Assembly: GCF_006345805.1 (NCBI RefSeq)
Contig: NC_042999.1
Location: forward strand, 41,292,001 to 41,356,000
DNA length: 64,000 nucleotides
Origin: Octopus sinensis
Taxonomy: Eukaryota
Direction: 5' to 3'
Of the stretch, positions 52,545-64,000 are shown piece by piece. How positions within the stretch are numbered: the stretch's first letter is position 1; every line of letters starts with the position of its first letter. The notes under the pieces are model-generated. The model searched no databases and was not told where the DNA came from. It worked only from the letters and a program-made list of their open reading frames with translations. The position numbers and the translations under genes are program-made.

Positions 52545-53064
52545 AAAAATAGGAAAATTTTACAAGTATAAGCAGTGTTATGAGCATTTATAGAACACGT
52601 ATCCTATGTAAATTCATCAAAGATGGAGAAGATGTTAAAAGATTTTATAAAATTTTACTCCATGCATACGATCGTTTAGAATGGCAACATCAACATATAA
52701 GAAACATGGAAAAAATTAAATTAATTATGATTATAATTAAATTAATTACATATTACCATTCTCCTCATTGCAAAAGAAGACTACATCAAAAAGAAAATGT
52801 CAGAAGAATATTATATTGTTATAGAAAATAATATGGAATCAGTGTCACATAATGCATTCGGATATTCATTAATACGATTATGAAAGATGAAATATAAGAA
52901 CATTTATCCTTATTATAACACCTTATACTTGTAACATTTTCACATTTTTATAAAAAAAGAAAATACTCACAATTGTAAGCTAACAATCTAATATGAAGAA
53001 TCTTTATTAGAAATCTAACCTCGGATCCTCCTCTCAAAGTAAAAGAATGAAACTGAACTCAACT

Positions 53065-53098
<34 letters not shown>

Positions 53099-55536
53099 AT
53101 TATATATATATATTAATTATTTATTTAGGTGTGTTTGTGTGCGTATGTATCTATTATCATTCTGACTAATCAAAATTTTTCACTGTCATCATCATTATCG
53201 TCTTCAAAATCCTTTACGTTTACTCTCTTCTAGCATCATCAATCTGCTTCATCAACATTCTCATGCTCATCACTCCTACGCTATTGTAATCAAATGCAAC
53301 ACATTACCCAATTCCATTTTGATACTAATTTTAGTGTGATTCAGAAAAACACATCAGTATTACATTTGTGAAAAGGAATTGGATCCAGATTTAGTTGTGG
53401 AAATACTATTGAAATACCATCGCTAAATTTGCATAAACGAGATTAAGTTTCATTTCCAAATAAAATATCTTAAGTCCTGAACGGATGCTAATTTTCTATA
53501 TACTTTTAAATCTTGCACTGAAAATAGCACATGTACCTGAAATGGTACACTCCTAATAACTACTCACTTTATTTGCAACTCCTACGACCATAAAACGAAT
53601 AACAACTGAATAGAAGAATGTATTAAACAGAGAAAAATCAATGCTTACGGAAGCTACTCACGGACAATCATTTTCTTTCATTTTTTTCCGTTATTCATTT
53701 ATTTAATTTTTTTTTGTAATAGCGCTGTGGTATCGCCGATAATTGATTTATTTTATTTATTTATTTATTTCTGTTTTCTGGATCACTTTTCGAGCAATGC
53801 GTTTTGATTACTTTCCTTAGTTAACCTTTGTAACGAAAAATAGGCATTTTATCTTTCGGAATACGGAGAACACATTAGTAATGATAGTGTTCTGTTGTTT
53901 TCACTTACATATAAAAACATTATGTGATGAAGTATATTTGTAATTATTCATGAAATGTCTTAGTTCCTGTTGCTAAGGGCGAAGAGAGATCCCTACTCAG
54001 CACGGTCGCAAGTCTTATCATGAGCTCCATCTCTGGCCACTTACTTTGAGGAGAGGAATGTGAATGCTTATGAGGATGATGGTGATTATGATGATGATAG
54101 AAATTATCACTGTGTATTCTTATTTTAGAACAGGACACAATTTCTACAAAAGAGAATGTAGACGGAACCGAATAAGTGATCAGATAGGTATCTGTCTAGC
54201 CGCCCCCTAGATTATAGGTGTATGGCAAATTTGACGTTTTATTGTTTCGCTCGCAAAACAGTTTTTCCCCCCATAAACATAATTGTATATTTGTGTCTAT
54301 TACAGGACAAAATAACGAAAAAGTTTGAAAATTCGATACTCTTACTTAGAAATAATCCTTCCTGTTTCTTCTACAACGTGAGCATAAAAAAAAACATTAG
54401 AAAAACATTAGAAAAACTGCAAACCAGTTACAATAATTTAACTCTCTTTTGTCTGTAAAAGTTCTTTCGGGAAAAAGGGCACTAATATTGATTCAGTAAA
54501 TCGTCTATGTTGGAAAATATTTCAGTATCATGTCACTTCCTGGAAAACCGCGCTATTTTTCTTTCAAGAGAAACTTTTTTTTTTATATATAAGACCATAA
54601 TTTGTAGTTTTAGGTCATATATATATATATATTAATTACTGAAATTTATTAAACAAATTTTAGAAGTAGTTCATTTTCAAACTTTTACTGCATAGGGTAT
54701 AACAGACACACACATTTGAATATATCCCCAATAATTTTGAAAATAATTTGAATTGAAAAGTAAGTATATGTGTTGGAGGAGAATGTAATTTCAGAATGGT
54801 TAACGATAACTTGAAGCAAACTGTTTTTGCAATATTCACTAAATGAGAAAAAATGCAGTGGAAGCTGGAGGGAGTTGAACTCAGAGCAGTGAGGCACCGA
54901 ACTAGACACTGTAAATCTTCTAGTCGAGCACTCTACTGTCTGCGGCAAGCCCAACAACGACAACATGGATAAATTCCAATCAAATATAATCGTCGACAAA
55001 TGATTCAACAAATGTTCAAAATTACAAAAGTATTTAAGTGTAAAATAAGCTCTCTTTTTGCAATAAAATTACTCTGTTTCTCACCTTCATAATATTTACA
55101 GGTTACAGGTGTCAATCAGCATGACCCTGCACCTGATCTATATGTGAAGTACTCACAGACATTTAGTTACATATGCATATTTACAAGCATAAATACACAC
55201 ATCAACAAACTATTCTGTATACGTGTATGTCTGTGTGAATTAGTACTTGGGTGCTAATATACACGCATTGACGCTACTATATATTTCGTTTAGCTACTCT
55301 TTTACGAATACAACCTCTCAAAGACGATTGCACACTTTTTCTTTTGACCATATTCTCTCTCTTTCATTCACTCCCCCCATTAAACGAACCACCCTCTCTT
55401 TTTCTTCGTCATTGTGTGTGCATGTATGTGTGAGTATAATGTATTTATATATGAATTATACGTATTTATACAAACATTGTCTCTATTATGTATATAGTTT
55501 ATTTATTTTATATATAAATAGGTATTGCACACACAG

Positions 55537-55539
<3 letters not shown>

Positions 55540-55587
<48 letters not shown>

Positions 55588-55702
55588 GCATTTCCTATTA
55601 AATATATGTATATATGTGTATGTATGTATGTATATATATATATATACATGTATATATATATGTACATGTATATATATATGTACATGTATATATATATGTC
55701 TG

Positions 55703-55736
<34 letters not shown>

Positions 55737-55847
55737 ATATACATGCATATATATGTCTGTATATATATATATAAATATATGTCTGTATACGTATATATAT
55801 ATACATGTATATATATATGTACATGTATATATATATATATATATATA

Positions 55848-55899
<52 letters not shown>

Positions 55900-55910
55900 C
55901 ATACATTTAT
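55540..55910. repeat. TA-rich array with an 18-nt TACATGTATATATATATG higher-order unit
   Basis: Unit repeated at about 55645-55700 and 55801-55835. Confidence 0.85.
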
Positions 55911-57614
55911 ATATACTTCTTAGATATATAGAATGTAACACGCACATTTCTTTTAAAACACAGCAAATACAATTGAAGTCTTTAAAAGTATTCATTTGAA
56001 CCTTTCAAAAAACTCCAAGTGCATTTTCAACTTTTCATTTTTCTTAATATTTGTACTTGTGTCAAGAGAAACTATTTTCATATATGCATTCCCAATTAAA
56101 AGATATCCTGGTGTAAATTTAACATGCTGTTGCCAAAAAGCAGTAGCGGGTTTGTCCAATCAACTCCAATTTATTAGTCATCCACTTTTTAATACAAGAA
56201 TAACAACTGAATTAATACTAATCAACAGATTATTGGAACAATCACATATTAATTCAGTTTATTTCAGTATAAGCCAGGGTAAATTTATGTATAATAATAA
56301 TAATAACACAAAAGTAAACATATTACGTAACCATTTACAAAAACAATCTTTCTGAAGTTTTAAGCGGCGATCAGCCATAATTTCTCTTATTTAGATGCTA
56401 TCATAAATTCCTGCTTTATGATTTACTGGGTTCCATTTCAGGTAATTGTGTGTAACGGTACTAAACCTAGCCGTATTCCTCATTGAAAGGTTTGTCTATA
56501 TAATGTTTATGCTGAAAAGAAAAAAAACCTGCTGTAGTGTGCAATTATTTGCATATCAAATAACAGAATTAATAAGATGGTGTGATTTCTTTTGACATTG
56601 AAATATATGATAATGAACTAACTGACGCCGATAGCACAAAATTGATAATGTTTCGGAATCAGTGCTACAATATATGCAATAACACTCTTAACTTGTAAGG
56701 CAAAAATTGTAAGATGCTACTGTGCTATGTAATTTCACGGCATGTGTGGCCAATGAGTAAAGCAGTAAATCCAAAACTGTAAAGGTAAATGTATTATATA
56801 TTTTAATCATCGTTCTCGAATAATCTTGCCCTCTTCTAGAGCGATTATTAAAATGCATGAAACATGTCACAAAGTAAGGACCATTATCACAATCAGAAAA
56901 AAGAAAATATCAAATGATTTGACCCTTGCGAAAGCTCAAAATAGTCTGCGCCAAGACCCAGATAAATCAGCAAAAATGATTTTGTCTAATGTTATACAAT
57001 GTTATATTTCATGTATACGTATAACATTAGATGACACAGTTGGTAACTTATATCTGATACATATCCATATTGTCTTTCACTTGCCATAACTGGCGGAAAG
57101 GGTCATCTCCGTTACTTTTACAGCTTCTTCTAGACTGACCAGTTTGCTGCCACTGATGTTTCTAACGAATATTGCAGGAAAGACACGAGCACAGAGAGAT
57201 TACATAGGACAAATATATAGTGGAGGAGAGACTGCCACCAAGGGTTTCATAAAAGTGTGATGAGGGGCGGAAAGGTGAATGGAACTAGAGTGTTTGAGTC
57301 GAGATGGCATAAGCCATACTCTCTACGAAGTGTAGGAACAATTTTAATAACGGTAGAAAATATAGTGTATGTGGACCAGGGTAAGAATCTGTCGGTAGGT
57401 GACTTTTTGTATTGGCAGTGATTTCTCTTCAATGTTGATGACCTGCAGCACTATGATATGCTACTGGTCATCAACACTGTAGGTGTAATTGAAACTAAAT
57501 TAAACACGATGGACACTTGCAAACAACTGTCCACTATATTTAATTAGATTTCATTTACACATGCAGTGTTGGCTGAAATCTAAGATGCAAATCAACATAG
57601 CATATATGTACGAT

Positions 57615-57991
<377 letters not shown>

Positions 57992-58255
57992 GCATTCATC
58001 TGTATGTGAATAAAAAAACAATGTACCAAGGTTATTTCCTCTAGATCGATGGTTAACTGGGGCATTCGATAAATATAAATCAGTAAACTGAATATGAGAC
58101 AATGCCGAAATACATACTGGCTTGGAATCGATTGAATAAAACCTTTTAAATAAGTTTCTTACCTTGGCCGCAACCCAATTATTGAAACAATCAAGAGAAT
58201 GAATGAATAAGCAAGAGAATAAAAGAATAAAAGAAGTATATGTGTGTTTGTGTGC

Positions 58256-58287
<32 letters not shown>

Positions 58288-58291
58288 ATTT

Positions 58292-58652
58292 CGTGGAGGC
58301 GCAATAGCCAAGTGGTTAGGGCAACGGTTTCGATTCCCAGACCGGGCGTTATGAGTGCTTATTGAGCGAAAACACCTAAAGCTCCACGTAGCTCCGGCAG
58401 CGGGTTAGGGTGAGTCCTGCTGTCCTCCTTCACCACAACTTTCAATTTTTCTTCCCGTTTCTGTTCTACTTCTATTTCAAAGGGCCAGCCTTGTCATATT
58501 CTGTGTCACGCTGAATCTCCTCCGAGAACTACGTTATGGGTACACGTGTCTGTGGAGTGTTCAGCCACTTGCTCGTTAATTTCACGAGCAGGCTGTTCCG
58601 TTGATCGGATCAACTGGATCCCTCGTTTTCGTAACCGACGGACTACCACGAC
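58292..58652 (+). mobile_element. tRNA-derived SINE, type D
   Basis: A-box-like TAGCCAAGTGG, B-box GTTTCGATTCCC with a short spacer suggesting a deletion in the head, and 3' block CTCAGCCAC...GCAGGCTGTTCCGTTGATCGGATCAACTGG shared with 62328-62648. Confidence 0.8.
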
Positions 58653-58678
58653 AGTATATATATTTATGTGTTTGTGTA

Positions 58679-58734
<56 letters not shown>

Positions 58735-59261
58735 CGTGTGTGTATTGTTTACTCATTCACTAGAATTAGCTCATTAGTTCATGGGAAGCGCTAATGCTAT
58801 GCTATATCTACCCGGTCTTTACCCTCTATTTGTGTTTTGGATAGTAATAGAGTTAAACAACGCTGCTCTTATATGCGGTTCCAGATCATCTGGAACTTTT
58901 CTGTTAGAATATTCCTGCTTTCAATATATGGTTGCCTCTACTAAATAAAGCTCTCGGCAGTACTCTTAATATAAAATGTGTGCGGCTTGGAACACTAAGC
59001 TATTACAGTATCCTCTCATACCGCTATAAGGAAAAGGTAGACCCGTTGACAAAAGTGCTCTAGTCGGTAATGGCATAGTTCTGAACTCAAATATACCCGA
59101 TACCTTTCCCGATGTGTAGTGTGTGTGTGTGTGTGTGTGTTTGTGTGTGTTGTGTGTGTGTGTGTGTGTGTGTGTGCGTGCGTGTGTATGTGTGCACGCG
59201 CGCGACTGCGCATAGCCTTCTTCGGCCTTAGTATTGAACATGTTAGTAAAAGTAGTAAAGA

Positions 59262-59491
59262 CAAAGTTACGGTCTCGAGTCGTGCTGATTCATCAGGGCC
59301 GGTTTCCCGGTTTCATGGTGTATTAATTCCCTACCTTGCAAGATTTTTCATTTTTGCTAGCTGAGTGGAATGGAGCAACTTGAAATGAAGTGTTTTATCC
59401 AAGAACACAAGGCATCACCCGGTTCAGAAATCGAAACTGCAATCTTACGATCATGAGTCCAACACTCTAACCATTAAGCCACGCACTTCAC
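59262..59491 (-). mobile_element. SINE with type B head and a different 3' tail
   Basis: Reverse-complement head GTGGCTTAATGGTTAGAGTGTTGGACTCATGATCGTAAG and tail GAAACCGGGAAACCGGCCCTGATGAATCAGC. Confidence 0.75.
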
Positions 59492-59968
59492 ATTTAGCAT
59501 GTTAGTATATAAAACTTTCTTAGTAGCTCTTCTCTTACATACAACAACCTTCGTGGTGTTTGCGATTTTAGTTGAAAGTAGTAAACGAACGGCTTTGAAG
59601 TATGACATTCACAGGATCATGAGGGTTTATTTATTCCCTCGCTGAAAATTCTTTCGGAATCAATCGCGCCGTTTGTCTGCAGATTGTTGCAACATTCTCA
59701 TGATACTATGCAGCATTACAATTTATGATCCTCAGGTAACGCATTGGTCGTGACTTTGCGATTGAACCCTCCTCAGATTCTGTGTATCTTAGACTGTAAT
59801 GTGATAGACAGCTGACTCTAAAACGCTTTCTTAATTTCCAGCTCTAATTTGCATGAAGATTATGTTGCATTGACGTCAATGTTGATGTCTTTTTCACAAT
59901 ATCAATCTCTTTGTTCGTCTTTGAAGTTTTATATTTCAGTACAGCCAGTGAGAGTGGCGGCTTATCTA

Positions 59969-60507
59969 TTGGGTTGTCCGGAAAGTTCGTACCGATTTTC
60001 AAAGTAAAGAAAAAGGTCAATGAAATACTTGCCATTACATTTTTAATCATCCAAATACGAAATATTTTGTTGCACAATGCATCTTCCTCTATCCTTTAAC
60101 TTGAAAATACCCTCTTCCCAGAATTGAGGTCGTTTTATAGCAAAGAATTCATCAAGGTATCTTTTTACGTCATCCAAAGAATTGAAATTTTTACCATTAA
60201 CACTATTCTGCAGAGACCTGAATAAGTGGAAATCCGAAGGAGCAATATCTGGTGAATATGGAGGGTGGGGTAACACATCCCAGCCGAGCTACAGCAATTT
60301 TTGTCTGGTTCTCAAAGCATCAAGTGCCGAAAATGAACTTTCTTATCTTCCATTTTAAAGGGTTACAGAATTAACACAGGTTAGCGGAACATAAACCTTC
60401 TTCCATGAAAAGATAGCTTAAACTGTGCTCTAAATGGGGGTGTAGTCAAATCCTATTTTATGTTCTAAAATAAGTCGAAAGTTAAGCTAGTATAAATCGA
60501 CACGAAC
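59969..60507 (-). mobile_element. Internally deleted mariner (DD34D-type) element
   Basis: ATG at 60353 gives MEDKKVHFRHLML, fused to the C-terminus [35 protein letters not shown]. TA plus TIR TTGGGTTGTCCGGAAAGTTCGTACCGATTT at 59967-59998. Partial opposite TIR AAATCGACACGAAC at 60494-60507. Confidence 0.9.
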
Positions 60508-60889
60508 GGGAGAATGTCTTATTGTAATTATTAAAATAATTTAAATGAGAAGCCTCTGCTTCTTCAAAATGGTGTATCCTATTTCCAAGTTTAATCTTCA
60601 ACTATTCCTATATTACATGCATTATACCATATAATATGATGATCAAATTTGTTGAAAACCCCAACTGTCGGTTGAATGGTTGAAAGGCAGCTCCTTGCTT
60701 GAGTGGAAACTGAGTTGAGAACTACTTAATAAAGAATTCTCCATTAAGAATATTTGAAAGACAATTATTGAAATGTGAAATCACAGAGAGAATTCTGTGA
60801 TTTTATTCTGTGCTTTAATTACTCCTGTATAAATAGGACATATGTTTTGCCTTTAAATTATGAGACAGCATGTTTTCCACCGAATCCCT

Positions 60890-60929
<40 letters not shown>

Positions 60930-60930
<1 letters not shown>

Positions 60931-61072
60931 TTTATTTAAAGCAGCAGAAAATTCAACAAAACCTGTTACTCTAATTTCACGTTGCCTTTCATCGGACAAG
61001 CATATTACTCTACCACTGGTATTTGAGTACTCTTTTTTCCACCTTGTTTCACATTTATGTGTTTACTCCGGT
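60930..61072 (-). mobile_element. Short putative Penelope-like terminus embedded in (TA)n
   Basis: About 140 bp of complex sequence flanked on both sides by pure (TA)n. It carries a hammerhead-like motif. Confidence 0.45.
60961..61001 (-). ncRNA. Minimal type I hammerhead-like motif (U4C core variant)
   Basis: Minus strand GCTTGT-CCGATGA-AAG(GCAA)CGT-GAA-ATT(AG)AGT-A-ACAGGT. Helix I is 6 bp with two G.U pairs, helix II has a GNRA loop and one mismatch, and the triplet is GUA. Confidence 0.45.
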
Positions 61073-61125
<53 letters not shown>

Positions 61126-61409
61126 CATACACACACGTGTGTGCGCGCGTGTGTATTCTAAATGGAGTCCCGCTGGGAGACCGGTTTTCTGCTTCTCATT
61201 ATTATGCTGTTGACGCCACTGGTCGAAGATTGAATGTCTTACTTTTTTCAGAATTTGCTCCTTTTCCCTCCCCCACCTTTTTCAAGACTGATAATCTCGC
61301 TCCACTTCTCCCTTTCCTGTTGTCGCCCTCTCTCACTCCATGTGTGTGTGTGTGTGTGTGTGTAGATAGTTTCGTTCAGTCTACGAACGAGAATGAAGGA
61401 AAGGTTTCT

Positions 61410-61550
61410 GTTATGCACATTCACAAACTCACAAGGCTTTGGTCAGCATGGGGCTATAGTAGGAGATATTCACCCAAGGTACCACACAATGGGAAGGGAC
61501 CCGGAATTATATGGCCGAGAAGGAAGCTTCGAATCACACAGTCACAACAC
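61410..61550 (-). mobile_element. SINE type A head, degenerate
   Basis: ACTCACAAGGCTTTGGTCAGCATGGGGCTATAGTAGGAGA. Confidence 0.7.
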
Positions 61551-62327
61551 CGAATTATATGTGTGTATATGTCTGTGTACATGTATGCGTATATGTGTTT
61601 CTATGTGTGCGTCTGTGTATGTGTGTGTATGTGTATGTTTAACGAATGTGTTTATCCAAGGTAAAATTGCTACATATTGTGCCGCTCAGTATATGCCAAT
61701 CTTACCACGGACACATGGATAGTTTTGCAGGATACTCGGAGCAAGTAAATAACTTTTGAACTCACTATTGACTGCTCTAGAAACCAAATGAATTAAGCAA
61801 AATAATTTATTTCGGTATAATCTGTTTAACCAAAAATTACGCGAAGGTGCTTCTAATAAATTGGACTAGATCTTGTTCGTCCCTTCCATATCGCTACGTA
61901 GATATGTGCCATCGGTACGTGTACGTTTGTGCGTCTGTGTGCATGTGTGTATCTGTGTGTGTATCGACGTATAATCACCATTATGAAATTCATGTATACA
62001 TTCTATTTGTATGTATATACATGTTATTGTACGAAATGAATTTTTTTCTGTCCGGGATCAACCGGTTATATATCATTCCTAATCCTTGTATCCCTTTTTA
62101 AAGAATCTAGAAATCCCCATATTGTTACCAACGTATCAAGCACACATGGAACCTACTGGCTTGTAAGAATTATTTAATCACACCCACTTTAGAACAAATA
62201 AAAATGATTTGGAGCAATTTGGGTGTAAAGTCTATAACAATATTTAGACCTTAAATATAACATAAACTTCCAAAACTCGAGTAGTAAATTATTTATTCAA
62301 TAAATGAAATTGAGAAATACTTTACAT

Positions 62328-62648
62328 ACTGGCACTTCGTCTATTTTGATGACGTGTATTCAGTTGATCTGATCAGCGGAACAACCTGCTTGTGAAATGA
62401 ACGTTCAGGTGGCTGAGCACTATACTGAGACGCGTACCTTCAGCGTAGTTCTCAGGGAGATTCACCGTGACACAGCATGTAATGAGAATAACCTTTTAAA
62501 ATACAGATACTATTCATTTTTGTTAGCTGAGTAGCCTGGAGCAACTTGAAATAGTGTGCCTTGTTGAAGGACAAAACACGCCGGGTATCGAACTCGCGAC
62601 TTTACGATCGTGAGCCAAATACCTTAAACACTGATGCACAAGCCTTCG
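62328..62648 (-). mobile_element. SINE with type B-like head and type D-like tail
   Basis: Head CTCACGATCGTAAAGTCGCGAGTTCGATACCCGG...CAAGGCACACTATTTCAAGTTGCTCCAG. The tail matches 58480-58650. Confidence 0.7.
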
Positions 62649-62659
62649 CAATAATTTAT

Positions 62660-63725
62660 ATAAAGGGTGTGGACTGTATTTGAGGACAAATTTATGGTTT
62701 AAAAACGCTTATATAATAACAGAGAAAAACTGTATTTTTATAAAAATGACATAAACATAAAGCTAAATTATTAATTTAATAATTTCATTCAATAAAACCA
62801 TCATAAGCAGCAATAACTGCCTCTACGCGGGGTCGAAACTGTTTACAAGCTCGGATTAGGCGGTCTTTGTTTATTTCGGACATGACTTGAACTATGGCAG
62901 CTTCCAAAGAATTTTTAGTGCAATGGGGATGTTCATTGACATTTTGTTCAACGATACTCCATACATAGTAGTCCAGTGATTGGGAGGCCAAGTGTTGGGG
63001 GTAATGTGATCATGCAAATTGCCGGCTATCCATTCTCGTGTCATTCGAGCCATGTGCAGAATCTTCTTGAAAGACATAAGGCCTTCCATTGCATACACTG
63101 TTGATCCAAGGCTTAACAACTTTATACGCAGCGGCATTCACCCTAAGACGTTGTGGAAAAAAGTGAGGAGGCATCGCATGTCCATTGCTAACAACAAGTA
63201 AAACCATGATACTTGCAGGAAATTTTGGGTACATTACTCTTGGAAACTCAGAAGGGTTTGTACATAACCCTCTGTCACTTATTCTGTTAGTTTTGTGATC
63301 CTGGTCAAAAATCTGTGAAAAAACAAATCCCACCATCTTCTGATAGATTTTTAAGTCTGTTCAAAAAGTCTTTCGGATTTGATTAAGCGATTTTTCTTCT
63401 TTTTTTCCTCCTTTTTTTTTTAATGATTTGTATCTGATATCTTCATGCATAATATTTCTGATTGTTTTCTTCTGAAACACGAATTCTTTGTGAAATTGGC
63501 CTCATTGATTTTCCTGGATTGTCTTCAATGTTTTGCTTAACTACCTGAATAAATTCATGTATCCTGATAGCTAATACGCTTCCATCTTCTTTCTCCAACT
63601 CACACCGAATCTTGTGGACAAAAGATCTTGCAACTTTCAAAAAATGATTAATTGCTAAATCACTATGCTTAACCTTCAAAGCCACAATCACAGCACGCCT
63701 TCTAATTTCATTAGTAAGCACAGGG

Positions 63726-63727
<2 letters not shown>
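62660..63727 (-). pseudogene. Decayed IS630/Tc1/mariner transposase, maT/Bmmar1 (DD37D)-like
   Basis: Fragments RRRAVIVAL..., FDQDHKTN...DR, KFPASIMVL, YVFQEDSA, TPNTWPP and LDYYVWSIVE...RACKQFRPRVEAVIAA across several frames. Probable TIR TAAAGGGTGTGGAC at about 62660. The 5' end is lost in (TA)n. The D-D spacing cannot be counted because of indels. Confidence 0.85.
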
Positions 63728-63772
<45 letters not shown>

Positions 63773-63784
63773 GCTACAGGCTTG

Positions 63785-63940
63785 TGTGTCTCATCACCGC
63801 TGAACAATCGGTTTTGATGTGTTTATATCCCAGTAACTTAGCGGTTTGGTAAAAAGACTGATAGAATACGTGCTAGGCTTATAAAGCAAAAAAGTACTGG
63901 AGTCGATTCGTTCGTAGCCGGTGACTGAAACAATTAAAGA
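63785..63940 (+). mobile_element. SINE type A, 3' half, degenerate
   Basis: GTAACTTAGCGGTTTGGTAAAAAGACTGATAGAATA...GACTGAAACAA. Confidence 0.75.
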
Positions 63941-64000
63941 TATGGTATCGCAGTCACTGATATTTTCTCTTTCTGTTTATCTCTATCACACACACACTCA

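Noticed and set aside
53944-54138. His-rich minus-strand ORF with a GTAAGT donor
   Set aside because: Derived from a decayed (CAT)n repeat, and the acceptor is weak.
59270-59315. CTGATGA in the SINE tail (minus strand) as a hammerhead
   Set aside because: Followed by GAGA instead of GAAA, with no helix I. It is part of a LINE-derived SINE tail.

Overview
AT-rich, microsatellite-dense animal DNA. The SINE repertoire and repeat landscape resemble octopus (cephalopod) genomic DNA; this is inference from recall and was not verified by a search. I cannot support a complete or recognisable protein-coding gene. Nearly all ORF-track entries are simple-repeat artefacts, and only a few weak exon-like candidates remain. 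The window contains about 30 copies or fragments of at least four tRNA-derived SINE types (called A-D here), three decayed Tc1/mariner-superfamily transposase remnants, and TTAA-, TA- and hAT-type MITEs. The main unexplained signal is five hammerhead-ribozyme-like motifs in five unrelated sequence contexts: 24967-25016, 27607-27644, 34012-34059, 41489-41558 and 60961-61001(-). Four lie just upstream of a (TA)n or (CA)n array. Three share the non-canonical core CCGAUGA (U4C). The best one (41489-41558) has a GUC cleavage triplet, a palindromic helix III and a long bulged helix I, inside a ~400-nt hairpin-rich island. The simplest reading is termini of Penelope-like or retrozyme-type retroelements carrying variant hammerheads. 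All folds were done by eye and none is shown to be active.
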